Shown here: in pieces, positions 18,554-25,720 of the stretch
Layout of the letters: every line of letters begins with the position of its first letter
Numbering within the stretch: the first letter of the stretch is position 1
IMG/VR virus record: IMGVR_UViG_3300018083_000021
DNA from: a virus
Reading direction: 5' to 3' (one strand)
DNA: 36,479 nucleotides
Notes under the pieces: model-generated
What the model was told of the DNA's origin: nothing
The model's input: the letters and a program-made list of their open reading frames with translations, nothing else
The model's database searches: none
Position numbers and translations under genes: made by a program

Positions 18554-18760
18554 CTATAAAACTCTCTTTAATTCATCAAGGGTAGTTAGTCCATAAATTT
18601 TATTCTCAAGTCTATCTATTTTATATTCTGCGTCACATAATTGCTTATGCAAAAGAAGGAATGTGGCCGTAAGTTCTTTGGTGCTTCTATCTGATATCTT
18701 TTTAAGATCATCTTTTATTACTTTAAGTATAAATTTACGAACTGTATTTTTAAAAATCAT
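18554..18760 (-). CDS. Hypothetical protein (68 aa), helical
   Basis: The ORF overlaps the upstream gene by 4 nt (18757-18760). Confidence 0.55.
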   Translation of the reverse strand: MIFKNTVRKFILKVIKDDLKKISDRSTKELTATFLLLHKQLCDAEYKIDRLENKIYGLTTLDELKRVL

Positions 18761-19014
18761 CTATAAAACTCCCCACATTTTTTGCATTTCATAGGTGGAT
18801 TGCTTCTAGGATATCCTCCTGTAACTATTTCTTTGTGCCCGCATTCCTCATTGACAATAGGTTGACAGTAATTAGCCGGATAGTTAGCAATCATGGATTG
18901 GATTTTATTCATTATATTGCGATTAAATGGATTGCCTTCTGTTCTGTATATGCTAATTTCTGGATCTAAATTATCTAAAATGAATTCCAGCTCTTCTTTT
19001 GTAAATTCATTCAT
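18757..19014 (-). CDS. Hypothetical protein (85 aa) with a C-terminal zinc-ribbon-like motif
   Basis: The sequence ECGHKE...MKCKKCGEFYR is present. A 4-nt overlap links it to the upstream gene. Confidence 0.55.
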   Translation of the reverse strand: MNEFTKEELEFILDNLDPEISIYRTEGNPFNRNIMNKIQSMIANYPANYCQPIVNEECGHKEIVTGGYPRSNPPMKCKKCGEFYR

Positions 19015-19193
19015 CCTTTATTGCCCCTGCGCAATTCACGAGAAAACATTAAAATTATAATGCCAGTAATAATGCAATGTTCGATACAAATTAAGAATTG
19101 CTTCAATCCGTAAGCCAATAAAATGTCAAAACACAATATAGAACTCATAATTATTATGAAAACGGCGCTTATAATTTTATTTGTCTTAGTCAT
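19011..19193 (-). CDS. Small membrane protein (60 aa) with two predicted TM helices
   Basis: The hydrophobic segments are IISAVFIIIMSSILCFDILLAYGL and CIITGIIILMF, followed by a basic tail. Confidence 0.55.
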   Translation of the reverse strand: MTKTNKIISAVFIIIMSSILCFDILLAYGLKQFLICIEHCIITGIIILMFSRELRRGNKG

Positions 19194-19286
19194 TCTTTCT
19201 TCTCATTGATTATGATTCATACTATAATGTATGTGCTTTTTCTTCTGTATTTTTTCAAACTATAATCTAAATTATGGAGAATTATC

Positions 19287-19952
19287 ATGGATGATCATCA
19301 TAAACACAAGAAGTGTGATTGCTGCTGCGATATGAGAGGCGAACAAGGTCTGCAAGGCGTGCAAGGTCCACGTGGACAAGATGGCTTACAGGGACCACAA
19401 GGAATCCAAGGACTACAAGGAATTCCCGGAATGTGCGTAAACTGTTTCGAGCATGGCGAATGTCGATGTCCTGAACCTGAGTTCGCAGAAGTTGGTTCTA
19501 CAGCAACTCAAGATTTGGCGGCATCTCCCGGCGCAAATATGGCGGGTGGCGTGGCTTTAATGGAAGTATCAATTCATGCAACTCCAAATATTGATTTAAG
19601 TCAAGCTGCAATTAACGGGAAAGTTACGGTAAATCGCGCTGGCTGGTATCAGGTTTCAACTGGTGTTTGCGGTTCATTAAACCCCGTGGTTAGTCCGTTA
19701 CCGGTATGGACATTTTCTCTATTCAAAAACGCCATGATTGTTCAGGGTTCTACATTTGCAAATATGACTATTTCTCCTGAACAAAAAGCGAATGAAATTG
19801 TATCGCAAGTGTTAGTTCACATAGATGCCGGTGATGTTCTTGAGCTTGCTAATACTTCAACCGCAAATGTGGTAATCACTGCGCCAACATTAGGCACTAA
19901 TGCACAACCAAGCAGTGCGTATATGGTGATTGTGCTATTGAAAGAAGATTAA
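19287..19952 (+). CDS. Collagen-like protein with a Cys/His-rich N-terminus and a BclA/C1q-like C-terminal domain
   Basis: Ten uninterrupted G-X-Y triplets, GEQGLQGVQGPRGQDGLQGPQGIQGLQGIPG, span 19338-19430. The N-terminus reads HHKHKKCDCCCD. The beta-rich C-terminus (GWYQVSTGV...LFKNAMIVQGS...IDAGDVLELANTS...AYMVIVLL) fits the BclA C-terminal pattern. GGAGA lies upstream. Confidence 0.8.
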   Translation: MDDHHKHKKCDCCCDMRGEQGLQGVQGPRGQDGLQGPQGIQGLQGIPGMCVNCFEHGECRCPEPEFAEVGSTATQDLAASPGANMAGGVALMEVSIHATPNIDLSQAAINGKVTVNRAGWYQVSTGVCGSLNPVVSPLPVWTFSLFKNAMIVQGSTFANMTISPEQKANEIVSQVLVHIDAGDVLELANTSTANVVITAPTLGTNAQPSSAYMVIVLLKED

Positions 19953-20026
19953 TTTATAATTTGGGCATTCTTGCAATGAGGATGCCCCCACGATTTGAGC
20001 TTAGGTAGGTTAGAGGCTTGGGGGTT

Positions 20027-20350
20027 TTATTTATTGTGCTTAAAAAAACTTCTAATTGCATCAGCAAAACCATGAGCTGCTTCTTTTCTCCAGCCTGTCA
20101 ATTGACCTGTGTCATGGAGAGACAAGCCCAGCATCATCCAAATCTTAAATACCTCATCTTGTGTAAATGGGCGATTTTCTTTGCCGTTATAAGAAGCCAC
20201 AGTAGCTTGAGAATAACTACCGTCATCAGGAAATAGTACGGAAATTGCGAGCAGCCCATCCGTCAATCCTTTATCATCTGCCTCATCTTTTGAATATCCT
20301 TCCGGTTTATCCTCAATATTAATGTCGTAACGTAGTTTGTAACTATGCAT
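20027..20350 (-). CDS. Hypothetical protein (107 aa)
   Basis: ORF in the early arm, 3 nt downstream of the preceding gene. Confidence 0.55.
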   Translation of the reverse strand: MHSYKLRYDINIEDKPEGYSKDEADDKGLTDGLLAISVLFPDDGSYSQATVASYNGKENRPFTQDEVFKIWMMLGLSLHDTGQLTGWRKEAAHGFADAIRSFFKHNK

Positions 20351-20353
20351 TTA

Positions 20354-20587
20354 TTAACCTTGTTTTAATCCCATTTTAACAGCGAATTGATCTTGTATTT
20401 TCTTCGCCACTTCTTCTATGTCGCCACTAATAACGCTATTTCCGCAATCTATGTATGTATTATCATTCAAGACCTGCATAATAACATCTATCATCCTAAA
20501 GCCATTGCATATGATGTTAACTGGTATTTTAGATAGGTCAACCATAACAGTACCTTGATAACCCGGATTAATATTTAAATCTGACAT
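20354..20587 (-). CDS. Hypothetical protein (77 aa)
   Basis: ORF in the early arm with GAGGA upstream. Confidence 0.55.
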   Translation of the reverse strand: MSDLNINPGYQGTVMVDLSKIPVNIICNGFRMIDVIMQVLNDNTYIDCGNSVISGDIEEVAKKIQDQFAVKMGLKQG

Positions 20588-20666
20588 TCTATATTCCTCA
20601 TTAGAGCTTATCAGAGATTAAATTCCCAATCCCTCAAAGCCCAACATTTATGCGCCATCTTATCAT

Positions 20667-20936
20667 TTATTCCCTGTAAACCTCTTCATAACTTTCTATA
20701 AAAATATCTGATTTACATGGGTAAAGTTCGCCTTTTATGCCTTTTATAACATAATCACCAATGTTTACATGCATAGTTCCTTCAAGAGTTCGGATTAAAA
20801 GATAGGTTTTATTTGATGACGGCAATAAATGCTGAACAACCTTATTTGGTTCGTCATCCATCCAAGACGGCCAATCATCAAATCCATACCTAAAAGCTTC
20901 AATCACTAATGGTCGCTTCATAAATTTACGAGACAT
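20667..20936 (-). CDS. Conserved-looking phage protein of unknown function (89 aa)
   Basis: I recall KRPLVIEAFRY...TLEGTMHVNIGDYVIKGIKGELYPCKSDIFIESYE as a recurrent small phage protein pattern. AAGGA lies 10 nt upstream of ATG 20936. The track start 20993 is a GTG that leaves only a 20-bp divergent gap. Confidence 0.5.
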   Translation of the reverse strand: MSRKFMKRPLVIEAFRYGFDDWPSWMDDEPNKVVQHLLPSSNKTYLLIRTLEGTMHVNIGDYVIKGIKGELYPCKSDIFIESYEEVYRE

Positions 20937-21013
20937 AAATCGATTATCCTTATATTCTTTGAGAGCTGATAATATAATGGTATATTCCTCCACGCAAATT
21001 AAAATTAGTGAAC

Positions 21014-21250
21014 ATGAAAGAAATTCGCAGGATGCAACGGGGAGTTCTTAAGGAAATTAAGAACGTACGCCGTTTTTTTGATTATATGGAACGCACGGTT
21101 AAACAGGGCAATCCTGAGCATATACAGCGGGCATATATGTTTTTAACGCATATGACATTGCTCATGAACGAAGGGCAATTAACACCGGATAGCATCGCGC
21201 TTGATGTTGAGCTTGCGCAGGAATTACAGAATTTAGTATCAGAAGAATAA
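21014..21250 (+). CDS. Hypothetical helical protein (78 aa), first gene of a plus-strand island
   Basis: ATG 21014 lies 2 codons into the track ORF. The gene is co-oriented with the secreted-protein gene and directly upstream of it. Confidence 0.5.
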   Translation: MKEIRRMQRGVLKEIKNVRRFFDYMERTVKQGNPEHIQRAYMFLTHMTLLMNEGQLTPDSIALDVELAQELQNLVSEE

Positions 21251-21296
21251 ACGGAATTGATTAATAGCAGGATGCATTTTGAAAACGGAAGAAAAC

Positions 21297-22694
21297 ATGA
21301 AATTAAAATTATTAACAGCAAGCATCCTAATATTATCTAGCAACATCTATGCCCGTGGTGTCGTTTCAGGCGATGTAATGGGGCGTGACATGCTTATTAA
21401 AGAGATCCCAGGAGCCGCAAGAATTGGACACCTAGCCCTTGCAACAGGTGACAATATTTTCCAAACCACAGATGTAACAATTGAAATGGAACCAAATGGC
21501 GATAATTCTATTGTATGGGGGAGCGTGAAGGGATTTAAAAGCAAAGCAAGATATTGGGGGAGCAGAAGCGGGCTTATAACAAATAGCAAACTTATGTATC
21601 TAGCATTGCATGCTGCAAAATTGCAAAGCTTCTGGTGTCCTGAGTATACAGCGACAACATACTGGCGCATAGGAGACGGGTGGTTTGATGAGGTTCAGAG
21701 GCCACATCCGACTGTATGCGGTAAATTTCGGTGTGATGTCTTTGTGGGATACGTGATGGGGGTTGGCGGCGCGACACAAATACTTAATAACAGAATTCAA
21801 TTGCCTTATAATGCATTTATGACCTTTCCTGTAGATAATGGCAGTTTTGCTGCTGAGAAGGCTATGCCTAATGAGACTGCCGAAGACCCGGACAGAGCAA
21901 CTAAGTTTTTAGAAGTTACTGTAGATGATTTAAATAAAATGACGCTTGAAGAATTCTCAGTGTTCGGAAGTTTCGATCCCGCCATTACTCCTGAGAAGAT
22001 AGTGGAAAAACAATGGGAACTCCTTGCTAATCCTAATGTCAAGGATTATATAAAATGGGTATTGATTGACTTACGCTCAATGTCTAAAGTAGAAGATACG
22101 CCACAAAAATTCATTGAGATATTCGAGAAATCTACAAGCGCATTCGTTAAAACCAGAATTGCGTCTGGCATCATGGGGTTTTATCAAAGCAATTGGGATG
22201 AGATACAATCTAATTCTAATTTTGAGAATATAAAGGGCTTCTTTACTAAAGCCGTAACCCATGAAAAGCCCGAGCATGAAATGAGTTCGTATTTAATTCG
22301 AGGATTTATAGACTTTCATGACGCGAGCGAAATTGATCGCAATTTGAATTTAATTGAAAAACATTTGGCGACAGTTACCAATAAGTCATTAATTGGCTTG
22401 CAGTTTGAATTAATTAGAAAGTCTCCTGAATTGCAAAATAAATTTCTTCCTGCGTCTATTTCTGTACTGAGAAAAGCAAACGATACCGAGCTTGATAGCA
22501 AGTTTTTTTATTACCTAAATCATGGAGTGAAGATTATTGAAGACAAGACTCTCCGAAAAGATATCAGAGATTTTATTTCCGAGAAGAATACAGCGTACGC
22601 AAATAAAGCTTTCTCAGGCGATAAAGGTCTTGCAGAATTCCATGCAAATGGAGCACGAAAAGACATGGATGAATTGATGTTGAAGCTTAAGTAA
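21297..22694 (+). CDS. Secreted protein (465 aa): Sec signal peptide, a possible permuted papain-like (NlpC/P60-YiiX-type) N-domain and a helical C-domain
   Basis: ATG 21297 has GGAAG upstream. The signal peptide is MKLKLLTASILILSSNIYA|RG. A His motif (IGHLALATGD) precedes a Cys motif (GKFRCDVFVGYV), in the order seen in permuted papain-like amidases. That domain call is weak. Confidence 0.6.
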   Translation: MKLKLLTASILILSSNIYARGVVSGDVMGRDMLIKEIPGAARIGHLALATGDNIFQTTDVTIEMEPNGDNSIVWGSVKGFKSKARYWGSRSGLITNSKLMYLALHAAKLQSFWCPEYTATTYWRIGDGWFDEVQRPHPTVCGKFRCDVFVGYVMGVGGATQILNNRIQLPYNAFMTFPVDNGSFAAEKAMPNETAEDPDRATKFLEVTVDDLNKMTLEEFSVFGSFDPAITPEKIVEKQWELLANPNVKDYIKWVLIDLRSMSKVEDTPQKFIEIFEKSTSAFVKTRIASGIMGFYQSNWDEIQSNSNFENIKGFFTKAVTHEKPEHEMSSYLIRGFIDFHDASEIDRNLNLIEKHLATVTNKSLIGLQFELIRKSPELQNKFLPASISVLRKANDTELDSKFFYYLNHGVKIIEDKTLRKDIRDFISEKNTAYANKAFSGDKGLAEFHANGARKDMDELMLKLK

Positions 22695-22727
22695 ATATTA
22701 ACGGGTTGCGGCGCGCTCGTTGCTAGC

Positions 22728-22755
22728 AAAAAGACACCACTAGCTTAAGGGTGTC
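22728..22755 (-). terminator. Rho-independent terminator for the minus-strand gene block, nested in a larger inverted repeat between convergent genes
   Basis: On the minus strand, GACACC-(11 nt)-GGTGTC is followed by TTTTT. An outer 8-bp inverted repeat is TGCGGCGC (22707-22714) / GCGCCGCA (22758-22765). A further hairpin, GAGTCGG/CCGACTC (22773-22799), spans the stop codon at 22782. Confidence 0.55.
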
Positions 22756-22781
22756 ATGCGCCGCACTTATATGAGTCGGTA

Positions 22782-23063
22782 TCAATTTGTAACCGACTCA
22801 ATCTCTAATTTATAATTTTTTATATCGAATTTTTTTTCAATTATTCCAATAATCGTGTATGTTGCAATTGCCATCCCATTTAATCTGTCTAAAGATGCGG
22901 TAGAGCCTATACCACCGTTTAGGTTTAATTCACGTTGTATTTCGGAGCATTGGTTTAAGTCATTTCGATACATCAATTCCAAAAATGCTAGCAACTCAAT
23001 TATTCTGTCTTGAAATGCTAGTAATTCTGGAATTGCATTTTTATAATCTATAGTTTTGCTCAT
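22782..23063 (-). CDS. Hypothetical protein (93 aa)
   Basis: The start ATG directly abuts the stop codon of the upstream small ORF (TAGATG). Confidence 0.55.
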   Translation of the reverse strand: MSKTIDYKNAIPELLAFQDRIIELLAFLELMYRNDLNQCSEIQRELNLNGGIGSTASLDRLNGMAIATYTIIGIIEKKFDIKNYKLEIESVTN

Positions 23064-23216
23064 CTATTTTTCCTCTTTCTCAAGTTTATCAACACGAATT
23101 TCTAGTTTTGTAAGTCTTTCTTCTTGGCTTGCAACCTGTTTTTTTAAGTCATGGGCTTTGAGAGAAATAGCAATTAAAGCGCCACATAAAAATATTGTTG
23201 TTATATTATTCCGCAT
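23064..23216 (-). CDS. Small membrane-anchored coiled-coil protein (50 aa), missing from the track
   Basis: The product is MRNNITTIFLCGALIAISLKAHDLKKQVASQEERLTKLEIRVDKLEKEEK. Its ATG overlaps the upstream TAA (TAATG) and its TAG abuts the next ATG, so it exactly fills the gap between two genes. Confidence 0.65.
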   Translation of the reverse strand: MRNNITTIFLCGALIAISLKAHDLKKQVASQEERLTKLEIRVDKLEKEEK

Positions 23217-23500
23217 TAGACGTTCTCATTTTCCAAAATCTCCCAATCTTCAGACATTACCAAAAAAAGATTTAATTGCGGAAAATTTCCATGTTTACAA
23301 GGTTTTTCAAACGCTTTTCCGCCAATCATATCTGGATGTTGAACATCGCCCTTCATTTTAACCACGGACAGCCAATAATCCTCTCTGGGCATACCAGGCA
23401 ACCCAGCTTTACAAGCCATTAAATAAATATCATCATCAAAACTTGGATGTGTTATCTTTGCACCTGTTCTCATTTGTATTAATGCTTCTTCGAATTTCAT
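23216..23500 (-). CDS. DUF2829 (Tad2-like) protein, copy 1 (94 aa)
   Basis: It begins MKFEEALIQMRTGAKITHPSF and ends ...LVMSEDWEIL. I recognise both as the DUF2829 N- and C-terminal signatures. Confidence 0.6.
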   Translation of the reverse strand: MKFEEALIQMRTGAKITHPSFDDDIYLMACKAGLPGMPREDYWLSVVKMKGDVQHPDMIGGKAFEKPCKHGNFPQLNLFLVMSEDWEILENENV

Positions 23501-23511
23501 AACATTCCTTT

Positions 23512-23715
23512 TTAGACGCTCTCACTTTCCAGATTAGACGGATTTTCTTTATCTGGCTCGCCGCAGAAATAGCCCCATGAAGTCCAAGAGGTAATTTTAT
23601 CTGGATTATCGATAATTGAATCAAGATATCGCTTACGTTGTTCTTTTGTCATCTTCCTACCACATTCATTAGTGCAATTTGGTGATGCGCAGAATGTTTT
23701 ATCAAGGAATGACAT
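23512..23715 (-). CDS. Small Cys-rich protein (67 aa)
   Basis: The product starts MSFLDKTFCASPNCTNECGRKMT and contains ...GYFCGEP. GGAG lies 7 nt upstream of ATG 23715. Confidence 0.5.
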   Translation of the reverse strand: MSFLDKTFCASPNCTNECGRKMTKEQRKRYLDSIIDNPDKITSWTSWGYFCGEPDKENPSNLESESV

Positions 23716-23905
23716 TCCCATTCTCCATAATTTCGCATTTATCGATCAGATAATCCCGCATATGTTCACGACTACAAAAATGCAATGTTGGGAAAGTAAT
23801 TGATCCCATATCTAAATTTACTGAAAAAATACCGTAAACACCTAAGAGGCCTAACTTTAATTCTTTATTACAAAAATCACATATTGTTATTGTTTTTTGG
23901 GTCAT
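23702..23905 (-). CDS. FCS-like zinc-finger protein (67 aa)
   Basis: It carries ICDFCNKEL and ...LHFCSREHMRDYL. It is a paralog of the next gene upstream. Confidence 0.55.
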   Translation of the reverse strand: MTQKTITICDFCNKELKLGLLGVYGIFSVNLDMGSITFPTLHFCSREHMRDYLIDKCEIMENGNVIP

Positions 23906-24114
23906 TCATGAGCCTTAAAATATTCTCTTAAACAACCAGTACCGCAAAAATGCAAATCATTAGGAATAGGAGGATAAATCATCATGTCTGTAACTTCTCC
24001 CGAATGGCACGGTATTCTTTCTGAGGAAATACAAACCCTATAGTCTATGGAATTCCCGGTGGTTGTTAGGTTGCTTGAGCAATGATCACAAAGACATGTA
24101 TTATTAATCGTCAT
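23902..24114 (-). CDS. FCS-like zinc-finger protein (70 aa)
   Basis: The product starts MTINNTCLCDHCSS and contains ...LHFCGTGCLREYF. The internal ATG 24114 avoids a long overlap with the upstream gene. Confidence 0.55.
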   Translation of the reverse strand: MTINNTCLCDHCSSNLTTTGNSIDYRVCISSERIPCHSGEVTDMMIYPPIPNDLHFCGTGCLREYFKAHE

Positions 24115-24499
24115 CTTTACACCCATTTTTAACCCATTGAATTGCCCTATTATGGCCTTCTTTAGCCTCAACCCATGTCGAATAACGCTCCATATAACCA
24201 TCTTCTCCAGCTTCATCGAAAATCATAGTTTCGAATATTAAAGGCTCGCCACCAAAGTAATTATGGTCTAATCCCAGAAATACTGTAGATATCATCTTGT
24301 TATCATAATGATCGTGACCCACTAAACGCCTGTCTCTTCCATCTGTGTTTTCGTATAAATCAGCCCATTCTTGCAAGCTGCATTTAACTGCATTATTATC
24401 TTTATCTAGTGTGTAATACAAAAATGTTGATATATATGCGCTTCCGATACCCTCTCCAGAATTCACGGTAGTTGTAACGCCTTTAGAATATCTTTTCAT
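24104..24499 (-). CDS. Conserved phage protein of unknown function (131 aa)
   Basis: ATG 24499 overlaps the upstream TAA (TAATG). The motif GGEPLIFETMIF...RYSTWVEAKEGH recurs in small phage proteins as I recall. The track's 175-aa form overlaps the upstream gene by 133 nt. Confidence 0.55.
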   Translation of the reverse strand: MKRYSKGVTTTVNSGEGIGSAYISTFLYYTLDKDNNAVKCSLQEWADLYENTDGRDRRLVGHDHYDNKMISTVFLGLDHNYFGGEPLIFETMIFDEAGEDGYMERYSTWVEAKEGHNRAIQWVKNGCKDDD

Positions 24500-24780
24500 T
24501 AAACAACCATCCCTACACCCACCCCAATCAAAATCATCTCCCATGAAGTCATCTTTATATCGAAATGTGACAATATCACATAAAGGATTATCCAGACACC
24601 AGCTCCTCTCCACCACTTGCTCCATGGACATTCAAGGACAATTTCAAATAGCGCATGGATAAATTTCTTTTTAAATATAAAATGTCCCGGAATTCCAAAC
24701 TCTTCATTACATGCTATATGTAAGTCAGCTTCTTTTTTTGTTTTAAATCTCTCATCACAGATGCATGTGTATCTTTTCAT
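24499..24780 (-). CDS. Membrane protein (93 aa) with an N-terminal CxC...H motif and two C-terminal hydrophobic helices
   Basis: The N-terminus is MKRYTCICDERFKTKKEADLHIAC. The hydrophobic segments are GAGVWIILYVILSHF and MILIGVGVGMVV. Confidence 0.5.
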   Translation of the reverse strand: MKRYTCICDERFKTKKEADLHIACNEEFGIPGHFIFKKKFIHALFEIVLECPWSKWWRGAGVWIILYVILSHFDIKMTSWEMILIGVGVGMVV

Positions 24781-25163
24781 TCAACAACCACCCAATCATC
24801 AGCCATTAAATCAAGAAACTCCGGCACAAAAAAGAATTCTTCCATTGAATGGTAAACAAGGTCTTTTTCTTCTCTGTCATAATAAATAAAGCCATCGCTC
24901 CATTCTTTTAATCTTGCTTTCTCGCCTTCATACAAAAGGTCTGCTATTTCATGGAATACATATTCTCTATTATCACCTTCTATAAACCACCCATCACACA
25001 TAAATATGGAGCTGTCATAGTTGTACATACGTATTGCGGAGCGATACGCCTTAACTTCATCTTTGGGAATTCTCGCCATAGATAGATACATCTTCTCTGT
25101 CCATCTGCTCCTTGAAACCTTTTTGCCTGCGTTAAGCTCGGTTATTGCTTCACTGAATTTCAT
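24777..25163 (-). CDS. DUF2829 (Tad2-like) protein, copy 2 (128 aa, extended)
   Basis: It begins MKFSEAITELNAGKKVSRSRWTEKMYL and ends ...LDLMADDWVVVE. Confidence 0.6.
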   Translation of the reverse strand: MKFSEAITELNAGKKVSRSRWTEKMYLSMARIPKDEVKAYRSAIRMYNYDSSIFMCDGWFIEGDNREYVFHEIADLLYEGEKARLKEWSDGFIYYDREEKDLVYHSMEEFFFVPEFLDLMADDWVVVE

Positions 25164-25172
25164 GCGCTTTCC

Positions 25173-25469
25173 CTAATGATCCATTGATAAAACACGTGCT
25201 AATAATGGCTGAATAAATTTAACAAACTTTTCTTCAAGCATTTCTATTGGGTACTTATAGGCTACAAGCGATCCCTGCTTAAGAGTAATATCCAGCATCC
25301 AATTACCGCGCCCCAAAGGACAGTCTTCTTTAGATCTCAAGTAATATTCTACGCTCTTAATATTCGGGCATAATTTATCTAAGTCCAGATCATCAGCAAT
25401 TGTTACATTGTCCTCAGGTATGCTGTCGCGGTTATATGCCTGAACCTTTACAATACCTATCTTCATCAA
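25173..25469 (-). CDS. Hypothetical protein (98 aa)
   Basis: ORF in the early arm with no recognised motifs. Confidence 0.55.
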   Translation of the reverse strand: MMKIGIVKVQAYNRDSIPEDNVTIADDLDLDKLCPNIKSVEYYLRSKEDCPLGRGNWMLDITLKQGSLVAYKYPIEMLEEKFVKFIQPLLARVLSMDH

Positions 25470-25475
25470 TAACCC

Positions 25476-25697
25476 CTATACTAATCCAAATAAATGAAGC
25501 GCCACAGGAATAATTACAGAACCCAAAACAATACCAATGATTAGGTTTAGCTTGTTGTCCATGTGATCAAATCTCTTTTCTATACTTAAAAATTTCTCAT
25601 CATATTTTTTATCATTAAGTTTGAATATCTCACCATGAATCCTTAATTGAACCTCATGTTCTATGTAATTCTCTTCTGACTTGCTTAAGTTAGCCAT
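25476..25697 (-). CDS. Tail-anchored membrane protein (73 aa) with an XhlA-like architecture
   Basis: A charged helical N-part is followed by a single C-terminal TM segment (LNLIIGIVLGSVIIPVALHLFGLV). The similarity is in architecture only. Confidence 0.45.
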   Translation of the reverse strand: MANLSKSEENYIEHEVQLRIHGEIFKLNDKKYDEKFLSIEKRFDHMDNKLNLIIGIVLGSVIIPVALHLFGLV

Positions 25698-25720
25698 TTT
25701 ATCTCCTGACTATTTATAAA

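Noticed and set aside
19963-19987. The hairpin GGGCAT...ATGCCC after the collagen-like gene as a bidirectional terminator.
   Set aside because: The stem is only 6 bp with a 13-nt loop, and no U-run follows on either strand. It is too weak to call.
23056-23361. A 101-aa plus-strand ORF from the track.
   Set aside because: It lies antisense to two tightly coupled minus-strand genes (23064-23216 and 23216-23500), has no SD, and has a low-complexity Ser/Phe/Leu composition.
24500-24631. The longer 175-aa form of the 24104 ORF, starting at 24631.
   Set aside because: It would overlap the upstream gene by 133 nt. ATG 24499 forms the TAATG coupling seen elsewhere in this genome, and the conserved part of the protein starts after it.
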